A stretch of 64,000 nucleotides of DNA, taken from Blasia pusilla (taxonomy: Eukaryota). The position numbers and the translations under genes were made by a program. The stretch is taken from the NCBI GenBank assembly GCA_050084515.1, contig CM114271.1, positions 248,001 to 312,000 of the forward strand. The letters are read 5' to 3'. Shown here in pieces: positions 26,286 through 39,600 of the stretch; position 1 is the first letter of the stretch, and each line of letters opens with the position of its first letter. The notes under the pieces were generated by a model, which saw only the letters and a program-made list of their open reading frames with translations, did no database searches and was not told the DNA's origin.

Positions 26286-26699
26286 CGGGACACACCACAC
26301 AATGGGTGTGGTATCCAAGGTGTCATCGTAGCACTCCTCGCTACCTCGGGTTCGTCGCGGACCCGCCACGCTCTGGTGCAAACGCCGCTCCACGCGGGTC
26401 CGATGACGACGTGCTCATCGCTAATCGTTGAAGCTCCTTAGTCGAGCCCCACTGCGGCACCTCTCCTCCACGGAATGATGCAACTACCATAACACTCCTC
26501 TCCATAGAAATTTCAGGAACGGGAGTATCCTCTGCATGGACATGTCCCTCAATGAAATCACTAGGCCAAGTGATGTCACTGCTAAATGCTGCTAAGGTCG
26601 CCATCTCTCCTGGCCATTGCTCGATCACTGCATCTCTGGATCGAACGGGTAATGAGCTAAGGCGCCCATCACCTGACTGCCATCCTGGTCTGGAGGACG

Positions 26700-27156
26700 C
26701 TGACTCCTCCCAGTAATCCAGGGAAAACCCCATCGGGTATAACACTGCTCCACCAACCAAGACGTCACAGGACTCTGCATCAGTCACTATCGCCTTGGCG
26801 TGCACCACGGACTCATCTGTAGGATATCCCGGGCGAATCCTCACCACGACCTCCTATCAGGTGATATACTGTGTGGTACTCGCTCCACCCAAGGATGTCT
26901 GTAACCGAAATGGACAACGCTCCACATCGGCTCTCGTCAAGCCTAATCCTCTGAATGACGCTTTCCCCAACATCAAGGGTTGCGCTCCTGAATCCAACAA
27001 GACGCGTTGCGGACTAAAAGCTCTACCTCCAGGACTCACCAACTGGAAGACCTCTCCTCGGTTATCTAGCAACACAACACCAAGAGAAGCCATGGCACGC
27101 TCTATCGCGGGTGTAGCGGGCATCTCCGCCATCCTAGCGACCATGCACTTTGCCAT
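26700..27156 (-). pseudogene. E3 aspartic protease
   Basis: RVLLDSGAQPLMLG (DSG catalytic motif) and downstream CDVLVGGAVL. Confidence 0.85.
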
Positions 27157-27421
27157 GAATCGGCGTGGACGGCCCGAGCATCCGCTCCAAGGGCAGGTCC
27201 ATCACCTCCTCTGCAATCACCTCTGAACATGATGCAGGAACTCCAACTCCGCGCTCACATAGTGAAGCGGCCAGCCGAAAAGCCTCGGCGGGCGTACCCC
27301 CCAACGTCACAACATCGGAAGCAGAAAATAAAGGAGTGCGGTACACAACGGTGGCCGCCCCCAACAACGTGCTTGACACATGCCCCTCATGAGCATCAAC
27401 AATAGGAGTCTTCGCACTCGC

Positions 27422-29000
27422 TTATCCCATCGCCCTCCGTGCCTGCACACTAACAACATTACCAACTCTCCAAGAACTTTGTTGAGGACCCATCGTCCTC
27501 ATTGCTTCCGACAACGTGAAAGACTGAGGAAGCCTAGTCTGTCTTTTGGCTTCCCCTCGCTGTGGATCCAACTCTGCGGCTGCTCCACGCGTCACAACTG
27601 CGGCGGCCTCCATCTGTGAAACCCTGCACATCCATCCAGGATCCTCCTGATCTTTGGCTGCTCCATATGATGTCGATGCCACGGATCCGACATCGGGTAA
27701 CCTCAATGCCATAGCGGCAATCTGCTCCTGTAGCTGCTGTATCTGAGCAGCCATCCCAGCCTCACGTCCGCCATCTCCCTCGGCGCATCTAGGTGGTGGT
27801 ACTCTACCTCCTCCACGGGCAACTCCAGCTCCTCGTCCCCCAACGGGACCACATGGTGCACGATCCCTAGGTGCACCCGGACCGGCTACTCGCTCTGGTG
27901 CCCTCTCTAGCCCTCGGTCCGAAAGTAACTCAGGATGTAAACTGAAACACCTGGCGCGTGTATGACCATACCTCTGACAATAGTCACACTGATAACCTCC
28001 TGGTGCAGCACCATCTCCTCCTCCATGCTGAGGCACACGTCCATGACCCTGACGAGTGCAATCGCGCTGATGATGGGCTCCACCACATGACCAACAAGTA
28101 ATAGTAGGCGGCTGCTGCAAAGCCGCATATGAAGGCGCAGGTCTCTGTGGCACGGCCTCCCGATATCCTCCCTGAGCTCGTGGTGCCACAGTCGACCTAT
28201 CTCAGAGTCCACGTTGCTGCATAGGTGGTGTAGACAATCGTGACTGCTCTCGCCCAAAACCCATGGTGGCTACGCTCTCCTCCGCCATGTTGCGCTCAAT
28301 GTTCTCGGCGTTCCTAAAAACATCTCTCAACGTAGGGGAGGTGTTCATAAGAAGCACCCCCTCCCGCACCCGTGTCCGCAGGGTCCGGTCTAGCATCGCG
28401 TACCATGACTGGATAGCCTGAGCCTCTGTCACCCCCTGAGTGACGCTGATCAACCGGCGCAAGTGAGTGTAAGCCTCACGCAAACTCTCACCCGGGCGCC
28501 TCTGGAAGTCGTGGATGCTCCGCAACTTCTCCATCCGTACCCCCTGGTAGCTCGCCCTCAACTCAACAAAGAACTCAACCACAGGGTTGAACCAAGGACG
28601 AACCCGACTAGACGGTGCAACTGCTCCCGTGTGAGTGACTCCTCCTAAAATATCACTAGTGGAAGAGTCAATAGCCTCTCCTAACTCCTCCTCCTCATCT
28701 GGGAACGGCTCTGTCCATGACACATAATGTGGGTCATAGTAGAGCCTCCACACCTCAATCTCACATGCATATCTCTGAGAGAACTCATGGTAATCGTCCA
28801 TGGGCCCCCTCTAAATCTTTGGAACATACCGTTCCATCTTTGTAAATGGGTTAAACTCTCTAGAGTTCTGGCCCATTGGGAGTCTCACCAACTTCTAAAC
28901 TCGCTATAAAATCGCAACTCAATCGTGCCCCTCTCGCACTGAAAACCTATGTCGGTCCTCTACCCCGTCGTCCATCTCAAATGACGCCCAACTGGTAGGA
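27422..29000 (-). pseudogene. E3 gag (capsid-like region plus two CCHC zinc knuckles), disrupted
   Basis: ORF pieces 28202-28801 (FQRRPGESLREAYTHLRRL, gag-like) and 27422-28189 (CWSCGGAHHQRDC, CDYCQRYGHTRARC). The true start is not defined. Confidence 0.85.
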
Positions 29001-30092
29001 CCACTCACAATGTGTGGCAATGTGCTCACAAACTCCTCTACACCCTCCCCCTCGTCTGACGATGACACAGAAGGAGGTCGAGGTGGTCCCTCACGTGGAG
29101 ACCCTCGGAACCTCGCGCCACTCCGCGTAAAACCTCTAGAGCTACTCTCGGGTTCACCACCTCGCCTCTCAAAGTCCCGAACGGACCCCGTGATGATCCT
29201 CCTGCCCCTCTCACCTGATCACTCTGAACCTCGTGAGGAATCCCTCAATCACTCATCCCAAACATGCGGCACTCGATCTACACTCTCTCTCCCCGAGACG
29301 TGTAACGTGCGGCAACACGCAGCGTGGTGCGGCAAATCGACCAGGCTATCATCTCATCAAAAACCTACCCTCAACTCCGGACATCCCACACAGGTCTATG
29401 TCCCCTAGACCACATACATAAATAATGCTCTCAGCATCCACACACCCAATATCCCCAAATAAATCCCAGAATCCCTCACACGTGCACGGTAAAGGACCAG
29501 AATGGGTAACCTGAACACATGTCGATGTCGCTCCTCAGCAACTGCAAATCTCGACCCCAACTCGATCGTGGAGACAACTCCTCCAATCAGCAAGTCATAC
29601 TCCTCCCGTACTGATGCTGCTCAAAACTCCTCAATAGAAAGTTCGGTCCCAGCGGAACGGTGCGGCGTTGCAGGCGGCACGGAACGGCTACGAACGAGCA
29701 CGGCCCTCGATGGTGGGATGCGGCACTCGGCGGCATACCATCCTCAATCAATAATAATCCCACACTCTGCTCCACAATGATGGTGCGGCTCGCGATCGAG
29801 CGGTGCGGTGCGACCCACGAGCGCACGGGCGTGGCAATCGGCGGCTAGCGTTGCGACTCACGGGGTCACGCCACGATACTCGATCGTCGTCGGCGGCTAC
29901 CAATCACAACATAGCAGCATGAAATCAAAACTCAAACACCATAACCGAGGTCATCCGCCATCGGTTGATGAAGAAACTGCGATGACGGTGGCGGCCAAAA
30001 CAAAGTACGTGGTGGCGACGCAAGTCAAGGAATCAACGAACGTCGTGGAAGACCCTCCACTCCGTAATGGCGGCGATGGCACCCAAAGGGTG

Positions 30093-30240
30093 GACAATGG
30101 ATGGTGGACCGTTGATAGTGACGGTTGACCGCTGATGGTGATGGCCGACTAATGACGGTGATGGTTGACCGTTGATTGTGATGGTTGACCATTGACGGTG
30201 ACGATTGACCGTCGACCGTTGACGGTGACTATGATGGTGG
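30093..30240. repeat. Degenerate minisatellite in the E3 5' leader
   Basis: Repeated tgacggtgatggttgaccgt-like units; absent from the E2 leader. Confidence 0.8.
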
Positions 30241-30790
30241 CGGCTGATTTAGGGTTTGCACAATTTAACCCTAAAAATCGCCTAGCAATGGCAGCTTTAC
30301 AAGATTGACCATAACTTTTTACTCGCAACTCTAAATTCTGCATTGTTTGTTGCACATCGTGCACAGCTTCACAATCTACGCCAGCATCAAAAAATATTTA
30401 GAATCAAACATTTCAGTAAAACCTGACGGGGACTGTCGTAAAGCCCAATGTCTCTTTCTCCTACACCAAATTCGGCAGCGCTCCCGCGCTGATTTCTCCC
30501 AACGAAAATGTAACATCTATAAAAATACAAATCAGAAAGCTACATGGTGCTCCCGAGAGCACCAGCATGGGGCAACCCACCCCCATACTCAATCCCTATG
30601 AGAAATTGGGCAGCGCTTCCGCGCGCCACTCTTCCACACGAAAAATCGGCAAATGCAACGAATAATGAAAGCAGCCCTTGCTCCGGTGAGCACTCCCATG
30701 AGCCGCTGAACGGGGAACACGGTCCCCAACCTGCAAAAACAACGAGTGACCAGCGAGCTCCCCCATGAAGCCCTCTCACTCTCTCATTCT

Positions 30791-30806
30791 CTCATTCTCT
30801 CTTTGT
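30791..30806 (-). promoter_or_regulatory. Putative self-priming primer-binding site of E3
   Basis: Sense ACAAAGAGAGAATGAG directly abuts the 5' L repeat and is the reverse complement of a 16-mer inside L (perfect at 21271-21286; one AG shorter at 30967-30980). No tRNA-type TGG PBS is present. Confidence 0.65.
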
Positions 30807-31317
30807 AAAGTAAGATCCAATCTCTCTCTCCACCATCTCACAACATAGCTCTCAAAGGTGTGCACTCTCTCTCATGTCAAACCAAACCCACTCTCCTAAT
30901 GAGAGGCTTGGGTTACACTCACAAAGCGAGGTACCATAGCTCCGCCGCCTCATGCCAAGAGGTTCAACAAAGAGAATGAGCACTCAAGCTCTCTTTCCTT
31001 GAGGTATACCCCTCCCCTCTCCCAAGCTCTCTCCATGGTAACCTATTCTCCCAAGTCACCTCCTTGGCTCTTGACCTGATGTAGGAGGTCAAGGGCCACT
31101 TACCAAAAATAGTAAGTCGATCATATACTCAAAATGGTACTTACCTAAAATAGTAAGTTCCTCAATATGGCTCCAAATGAGCCGAAACGAAGGGGAAACC
31201 TGCTATCTCAAGTTTCCAAGGGCCTCAGGAGGTCACCCTCGACCTACTGGGCGTGTCCTCCACTACTCATGAAGGCGCTCTATTAGATCTCACTGATCTA
31301 TCCTAAAAGACGTGACA
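30807..31317. repeat. E3 long repeat L, 5' terminal copy
   Basis: Direct repeat of 21113-21623. No S copy at this end. Confidence 0.95.
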
Positions 31318-34300
31318 CTGAGAAAGATGAGGCACTACATGCATTCTACCATCCCTCCAAACTCGCAACACATGTATCCCCTCCCACTGGAACGATGTGG
31401 CTCGATGTAGGACTGATCCCGCTCTCTAGCACCCACTATGTTGGCAACGCTACCAATACACAAGTACTCCAAGACTACTCCATCATCGTGAATGTCTCGG
31501 CCACCGGTCGTCTACTCATCCGCCTCTGGATCTTAGGACTCTCCATCAGACCTTGCAACCGACCTCTGAACAACTTGGCTCTCTATATCCGACAAGCCCG
31601 AATAGGCTAATGCGTGTCATCATGGCACCAACTCCTCATCACCATGCCAACTCTTGCCATGCCAACGAGCTCCAGTCACATCTTGCACACTCGAGCATGG
31701 GTTACGGCTCAAACCATCTGCATCGTGGTTGAGCGTCCCAAGTATATGCACCACTTGGAAGTCATACTCTTGCAACCAAAGAGCCCATCCTGCAAGGTTT
31801 CTTGTAAGCTTGTCCGACTCCATCAACCACTTAAGTGGCTGATGATCAGTAATGATGGTAAAGGGGTAGCGGAAAAAATCACATCTAAAATGTGCGACAG
31901 CCCACACAACATCCAAGCACTCATCCTCATACGAGCTATACTTCGCCTCAGCATCGTTATTCGAGCGACTAGCGTAAGCCACCACGAACTCTCTACCATC
32001 ATCGTCATGTTGGGTGAGCACGGCTCCAAGCCCCAACATGCTCCAATCTCTATGCAATTGGAAAGGACACCCCGTGATCAATCTCCTCAATATGGGTGCG
32101 GACGTCAATCTATCCTTGAGCAGCTAAAATGCTCTCTCCTGCTCATCCCCCCAATGCCACTCCTGATCCACCTTGGTCAGCAAGGTTAGCGGCTTCACAA
32201 TCGAACTGAAACCCTTAACGTACCGTTGATTGAAGTTCGCAAATCACATGAATGCATGAACTCGACTCACATTTGTAGGGTGTGGAATGCGTGAAGTAGC
32301 CTCTACCTTCATCTGTTGCACACCAAGGCCCCTTGGGTATATCCTATGATCCAAGTACTCAATCTGGTCGTAGAAGAACTTGCACTTGCGAGGATGTAGC
32401 TTTAGCCCATGTAATTGCAATCCTCGAAATACCTCCTCTAGATGTCACTCATGCTCCTCAACAGTGGCACTTAAGACTACGATGTCATCAATATACACCT
32501 ACCAAAACACCACGTGTACTCTTGCCTGCAAAACAGCCGCTAACCCAGTGCTAATCTCTCCAAAGAGATCCAACACCAAAATACCCTCCTCTGGGATGCG
32601 CCATACAATGGGTGTGGTATCTAAGGGCGTCATCATAGCACTCTCGGCTACCTCGGGTTCCTCCACGCGGTCTCCACATGCTCAGTGGCTAAGGGTCAAA
32701 GCTCCTCAATCGAGCCCCAAAGCGGCACCTCTCCTCCACGGACTGATGCGGCGACCATCATACTACTCTCCATAGAAATGTCAAGAACGGGAGTATCATT
32801 TGCATGGATATGTCCCTCGATCAAATCACTAGGCCAAGTGATGGCGCTGCTAAATGCTACTAAGGTGGCCATCTCTCTTAGTCGGCGCTCGATCATCGCA
32901 CCTGTCAATCGAATGGGTAATGAGCTAAGGCGCCCATCACCTGATTGCCATCCTGGTCAATATGACGCTGACTCATGCCTGTATTCCAAGGAAAACCCCA
33001 TAAGGTACAACACTCCTCCACCAACCAAGCCGTCGTAGGACTCTGCATCATGACTCATCTGTAGGGTGTTGGGGGTGAATCCTCACCACAACCTCCTGTC
33101 GGATGATAAAGTGTGTGGTACTCACTCCATCCAAGGATGTCTGTATCCAGAATGGACAACGCTCCACATCGGCTCTTGTCAAGCCAATTCCTGTGAATGT
33201 TGCTTTCCCCAACATCAACGGTTGTGCTCCTGAATCCAACAAGATGCATTATAGACTAAAAGCTCTACCTCCTTGACTCACCGATTGGAAGACCTCTCCC
33301 CAGTTATCCAAAAAAATAACACTAGGAGAAGTCATGGCACGCTCTATCGTGGGTCTAGCGGGCATTTCCGCCATCCTAGCAACCGTAACCTGCCATGAAT
33401 CTAACGTGGCCAGCCTGAGCATAAGCTCCAAGGGTAGGTCCATCACCTATGAACGTGATGTAGGAACTCCAACTCCACGCTCACACAGGGTAGCGGCCAA
33501 CCAGAAACCCTCAGCGGGCGTACCTCTCAACGTAATAACATCAAAATCAGAAAATAAAGGAGCACGGTACACAACATCCTTTATTGTGGCCGCCCCCAAC
33601 AACGTGCTCAACACATGCTCTGCTGAGCATTAGCAATAAAAGTCATTGCACTCGCTTCTCCCATTGCCCTCCGTGCCTACACACCAACAACATCACCAAC
33701 TCTCTGGGAACTTGATCATGACCCATCGACGGGGTCCTCATCGCCACGGACAACGTCTAGCCTGGTCTATTTCCTCACTTCCCCTCGTTGTGGATCCAAC
33801 TCTGCGGCTGCTCCACACGTAAAAACTGGGGTAGCCTCCATCTCGGCAACCCTGCACATCCAACATGGATCCTTGATATCTCTGGCAACTCCATAAGATG
33901 TCGATGCCACCGATCCAACATCGGATAACCTCAATGCCATAGCGGCAATATGTTGTTGTAGCTACTATATCTGAATAGCCATCCCAGCTTCACGCCTGGC
34001 GTCTCCCTCAACACGTCTATGTAGTGGGACTCTACCTCCCAACAGGACCACCTGATGGACGATCTATAGGCCCACCCCGAACAGCTTCTCGCTTTGGTGC
34101 CCTATTTGGCCCTCAATCCAGAAGAAACTCAGGGTGCAAGCTGAAACATCGGGCACGCGTATGACCATACCTCTGATAATAGTCACATTCATAACCTCAT
34201 GGTGAAGCACCATCTCCTCCTCCATATAGAGGCACGCATCCATGACCCTATTGAGTGCAATCGTGCTGATGATGAGCTCCACCACATGACCAACAAGTAA

Positions 34301-37300
34301 TCATAGGCGGCTGGTGCTGAGCCGCATATGAAGGCGCAGGTCTCTTGTTTTCTTCCCTGAGCTCGTGCTGTCACAGACCTATCTCCAAATCATCGTTGCT
34401 ACACTGGTGGTGCAGTCAATCGTGACTGCTCTTGCCCAGAACCCATGGTGGCTACGATCTCCTTCGCCATGTTGCGCTCAATGCTCTCAGCAGTCCTAAA
34501 AACATCTCTCAAAGTACTGGAGGTATTCATAAGAAGCACCCCCTCCCTCACCTGTGTGCGCAACGTCCAATCCAGCCTTGCCTACCATGATTGGATAGCC
34601 TGAGCCTTTGTCACCCCGTGAGTGACGTTAATCAACCGGAGCAAGTGGGCGAAGGCATCACGTAAACTCTCACCCGGGCGCCTCTGGTAGTTGTGGATGC
34701 TTCGCAACTTCTTCCTCCATATCCCTTGGTAGCTCGCCCTCAACTCAAAGAAGAACTCAACCATGGGGTTGAACCTGGGACCAACTTGACTGGATGATGC
34801 AACTGCTCTAGTGGGAGTCAGCCCTCCTAAAACATGATTGGTGGAGGAACCTTCTCCTGACTCCTCCTCATTTGGAAATGGCTCAGTACATGACACATAG
34901 TGTGGGTCATAGTAGAGTCTCCAGGCCTCAATCTCATGGGCATATCTCTGCGAGAACTCATGATAATTGTCCATGGGTAGCCCGTCTAAATGCTGGAATA
35001 TTTCAGTCCATGATGTAAACGGGTTGAGCTCTCTAGAATTCTTAGACGGCTGTGAGTCACACCAACTCCTAAACTCCAAAATTAAGTCATGTAACTCTAT
35101 AGTGCCTATAGCATCCACAAACCTATATGGTCCTCTGCCCCGGTTGTCCATCTCTAAACCAACAGGTAGGACCACTCAATGTGTGTAGTGGATCACTAGC
35201 ACACTCCTCTACACTCTCCCCCTTGTCTGAAGATGACACAAAAGGAGATAGTCACAGAGGTGGTCTCTCACGTGGAGACTCTCGAAACCTCGCACCACTC
35301 CAGGTCAACCCCCTAGAGCTATTCTCGGGTCCACCACCTCCCCTCTTGAAGTCCTGAAAGGGCGCCGTGATGACCCTCGTGCCCCACTCACACGATCACT
35401 CTCAACCTCACGAGTAATCACTCAACCATTCAACTAGACAGGCGACACTCAATCCACACTCTCTCACTAAGACGTGTGTTGTGCCCCAACAAGCGGCGTA
35501 GTGCAGAAAATAGTACTATCCTATCATCTCATCGACATGACATACCCTGAACTCATGACATCCCACACAGGTCTATGTCCCCTAGCCCATACATCAATGA
35601 TGCTCTCAGCATCAGCACGGAACCCAATATCCCAAATAACTGTCCAATACCCAGAAATCCCTAACACCTACAGGGCAAAAGACCAGAATGGATAATCTGA
35701 CAACAAGTGTCGATGTCGCGCCTCAGCAACTCAAAAACCTTGACCCCAACTTGGTCATCAAGACAACTCCTCCAACCAGCAAGTCGTACTCCTCTAGTAC
35801 TGACGATGCTCAAATCTCCTCGATGTGCGCTGAGGGTCCAGCGGTACAGTGCTAAAAATAGCACGTCACTCGGTAATAGGGTGCGGCACTCAGCGGCATA
35901 TCCTCCTAAAGAGCAATACACGCTCTGTTCTCCAGTGCGGTGCGGCCACAAGCGGTAAGGCGTGGCAATCGACGGGGCGTTGCGGCTAGGGGCATCATGG
36001 CACGGTACTCGATCGTCCTTGGGCGGCTATAAATCACGGCATAACAAAGCGGATAGAACACTACGACCCCATCAATCCAAAATGCAAACGGTTTGCCGCG
36101 AACACAAGCACCCGCGGCGGTGTGGGATAGAGATTCAAACGCACAACTCTACTGGCGGCACTAATGCAGGGTCAGACGGAGCAGCACACGGCTGCACAGC
36201 GGCCCAATTTTTTATCGACACTAAGAGGTCCAAAATCAGGGTAGCGGCCCTAAAGCGCCGACGGACCACATAGCATACAACGGAGGTACCAAATGCACAG
36301 TCGGTTGGCGCATCTCTGGGACAGTCGACTAGGACGTGGTAGGACAGACGTTGTCCCCCGAAAAAATTATTTATTCATTTAACTAGAATAACCCTCCGGG
36401 AAAATTGGATCTCCAATATCTTTCTTTACTAGATAGCCCCCTTCTTGATAAGTATGCAAATTAAATGCCTTATCACAAATCCCTCCTAAGATTAAGGGTC
36501 AATACTCCCCAAAAGTGGGATCTACTCACTCCAACTCCAAATAGCTGAATTCACTTGTCCTATCCATCAAGTGAACTGATTTTTTTTTACCTCTCAAGAA
36601 AGAATTTCTACCCAAAAATTTTGAAATTTCACTCACACCTTGGAACGATGACTATGGCAGTCCAACAAAAATAATCATAACTTCGTTTTTCAATCTCCAA
36701 ATTATGCACCATTTCTTCACCAGCGTACACCACTTCCCGATCTATGACCTCATCAAATTAGTTTCTCCATTTGATTTTCCACCAAAACCTGAGGGGGACT
36801 GTCATGCAGCCCAACGTCTCTTTCTCCTACGCAAAATTTGGCAACGCTTTCGTGTTGATTTCTCCCAAAAAAATGCAAAACTTATGAAAAAACAAATCTG
36901 AAAGCTACACGCTACTCCCGTGAGCACCGGACTGCCCCCATACTCAATCCCTATCTAAAATTGGGCAGTGATTCCGCGCGTCACTCTTCCATAGTAAAAA
37001 TCAGTAAAGGAAACATCAAAAGTAAGCAACTCTTGCCCCGGTGAGCACTCCCATAAACCGCTGAATGGGGAATACGATCCCTGACCTCCAAAACCAGGGA
37101 GCGACCAGGGAGCTCCCCCATGAAGTTGTCTCACTCACTCATTCTCTCTTTGTAAATCAAGTAGATCGAATCTCTCTCAACACCATAGCTCTCAAATGTA
37201 TGCACTCTCACATGTCTCTCTCAATGTCAAACCAAACCCACTCTCCTAATGAGAGGCTTGGGTAACAACTCACAAGGAAAGCAAGACCATAGCTCCACCG

Positions 37301-37333
37301 CCCCATGCTACGAGGTTCAGCAAAGAGAGAATG

Positions 37334-37525
<192 letters not shown>

Positions 37526-38329
37526 GGTATACCCCCTTCCCTCTCCCAAGCTCTCTCCTCGATAACCTATGCTCGGAGGTCATCTCCTTGGCTCATGACC
37601 GGCTGGAGCGGGTCAAGGGCCACTTCCCAAAGGAAATTCAAGTCTACCAAATATTGAAACTTACCCAAAATAGTAAGTTTCTCGATATGGCTCCAAATGA
37701 GCCGAAACGAAGGGGAAACCCGCTCTCTCAGGTTTCCTAGGACTTCAGCAGGTCATCCTTGACCTCCTAAGCCTATCCTCCTCTAATCGCAAGGGCGCTC
37801 TACCAGATCTCTTTGATCTATCCTAAAAAGTCGTGATAGGATAGACTGGATCCCAGAAAGAGGGGTGAAAAAAAAGGAAGATGTCACTTGAAACACTAAG
37901 AGCAACCTGGACAGATTAGGGGCACTTTATTTGGGACTCCCAACCTCATTCCCAACACTTCATCTCGAAATGGCTCCATTGAGGTACCCATGAAAAAATT
38001 GAGAGGAAACCCACAGTTTCAATTCTGATCAGAGGTGACAGAAAACTAATAGCTAACAGATGACAACTTTAACCAAATATTGTATAACAACCATTCATAA
38101 ATATACATCTAAGACGAGTAGTCGAGAGGTTCTGATCAAAGATTACCAAAAAAAAAAAAGAATTGCAAAATGACGAAATCCGACAAGTTGCAAAACAGTG
38201 TGTAAGGCAAAAGGTATGAGAAACTTATCATTGGGGGCCATATGAATTAATGTTAGGAAACACAAATCCATTCAGACCTGCAACCCATCGAAATGAGACA
38301 GATTGCAAAAGAGTTATGGAAGAGAGGAA

Positions 38330-39600
38330 AAGTTTACAGAGAAATCCATCATCATCTGTCTACTATCATCATCTTCTACTGTCACTCCAATGCTATTCAA
38401 GTGATCAACAATATGTCCGATACTCAAGATATAATCATTGTTGCTCTGCGATCGTTTCCTCACCTTGTTCAATTTTTTTTTCAATTGAAACTTTTTGGCC
38501 TTTGAAAATGTCTGGAATAGCTTTTCCAATGCATCCCATACCTCCTTTGGAATATCAACATCTTGAATGTGACCTATCATGGGCAAACTGATCGTTATTG
38601 AAATGTAGTGGATTACTTGCCTTGCGCGTTTGTTCCAAGCACGAACATTCAAGTCTGTTGAGTCACCTTCTGTCTATGCCTCATTACCTGTGACAAACTC
38701 CCAGAGTTCTTGACCCATGAGAAATTTTTTCATGCGAAACTTGCAGACATTGTAATTCTGCTTATCTACCTTCTCGCCTGAGATTGCTGCTCAGGAATAC
38801 TCCATAACGAACGATTTCACTCACAAAAATATAATTTCAGGCTTTCTACTCCTCCAATTGAGGCAAAGACCACTCCTACACAAAGATCGACTTGAAATTT
38901 TCCAAAATTGATCAACTCTATGAAAGAACTAGTCGAAATTGGCATGTAGAGAGCAAACTGCACAACTTTTCTTCACTAATTGCACTTTCCTACACTGAAA
39001 TTGCTACTGCTTGAGCTCAGAATGTCAAAATCGAGCGATTTTGGGTGCGTTGGGAAGTTCTCCACAAGGTCAACGATTTGAGAGCTCAGACGGCTAAATC
39101 AAAAATGCCGGGAAAGCCTTCAAAAATGCCTCCAAATTTTTATCACTGTCAAAGCTCCACTTGAAATCTGCGCCCACTGAGCTCTGAATAAAACTTCCTT
39201 CTCCCAAACTGAAATTGTGCTTTCTCTTGCCTCTCTTCTCTCCTCAAACACCAAGAATTTCAAGTGATGTTCTCCTATCGCTCTGATACCATGTGGAAAA
39301 TTTCTAAACAAGCATAATTGATGGAAAATGGATCTCACACACACACACCACCATGGAGAACGAAATTTGCAATGAGAGAATGAGTGGAGGCTGGTCCCCT
39401 TCTCAATTATATAGGATATGTACAAGAAACCCTAATCTTAACCTTAATCTCGAGTTAGACTAATTGTGATTAACTAACCCTAGTTAAGATAATTGCGCTT
39501 AACGGACTAACCAAGATTAAGCTTCCCTACTTTGTGTGAGTATCAAATATAGCAGTTCAAGTGTCTCATGAGCTTGACTGTTACTCAATCTTCAATAAAA
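38330..39600 (-). mobile_element. Truncated Ty1/copia element (5' LTR, PBS, gag)
   Basis: tRNA-iMet PBS TGGTATCAGAGC at 39291-39280 abuts an LTR ending in CA at 39292. Gag pieces are EKVDKQNYNVCKFRMKKFLMGQELWEFV and KEVWDALEKLF...VDHLNSIGVTVEDDD. The outer LTR boundary is approximate. Confidence 0.88.

Larger units (their letters stand above)
20985..31317 (-). mobile_element. E3: full-length Ty3/gypsy-type retrotransposon with DNMT and PHD domains and split direct repeats, nested in E2
   Basis: Ends are TATCGT (from TGTCGT) at 20985 and GTGACA at 31317. A 4-bp TSD CTGA lies at 20981-20984 and 31318-31321. Removing the element plus one TSD restores a continuous E2 integrase colinear with 23157-23270. 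Domain order is gag-PR-DNMT-RT-RH-INT-PHD. Confidence 0.95.

Noticed and set aside
20985-31317. Classification as a DIRS/Ngaro tyrosine-recombinase element
   Set aside because: It has protease, HHCC-DDE integrase, TG..CA ends and a TSD. No tyrosine recombinase was seen, and the methylase is C5-type and not the Dam-like domain of DIRS.
22135-35357. Many plus-strand ORFs across E2/E3
   Set aside because: They are antisense shadows of the GC-rich gag-pol region with no independent motifs.
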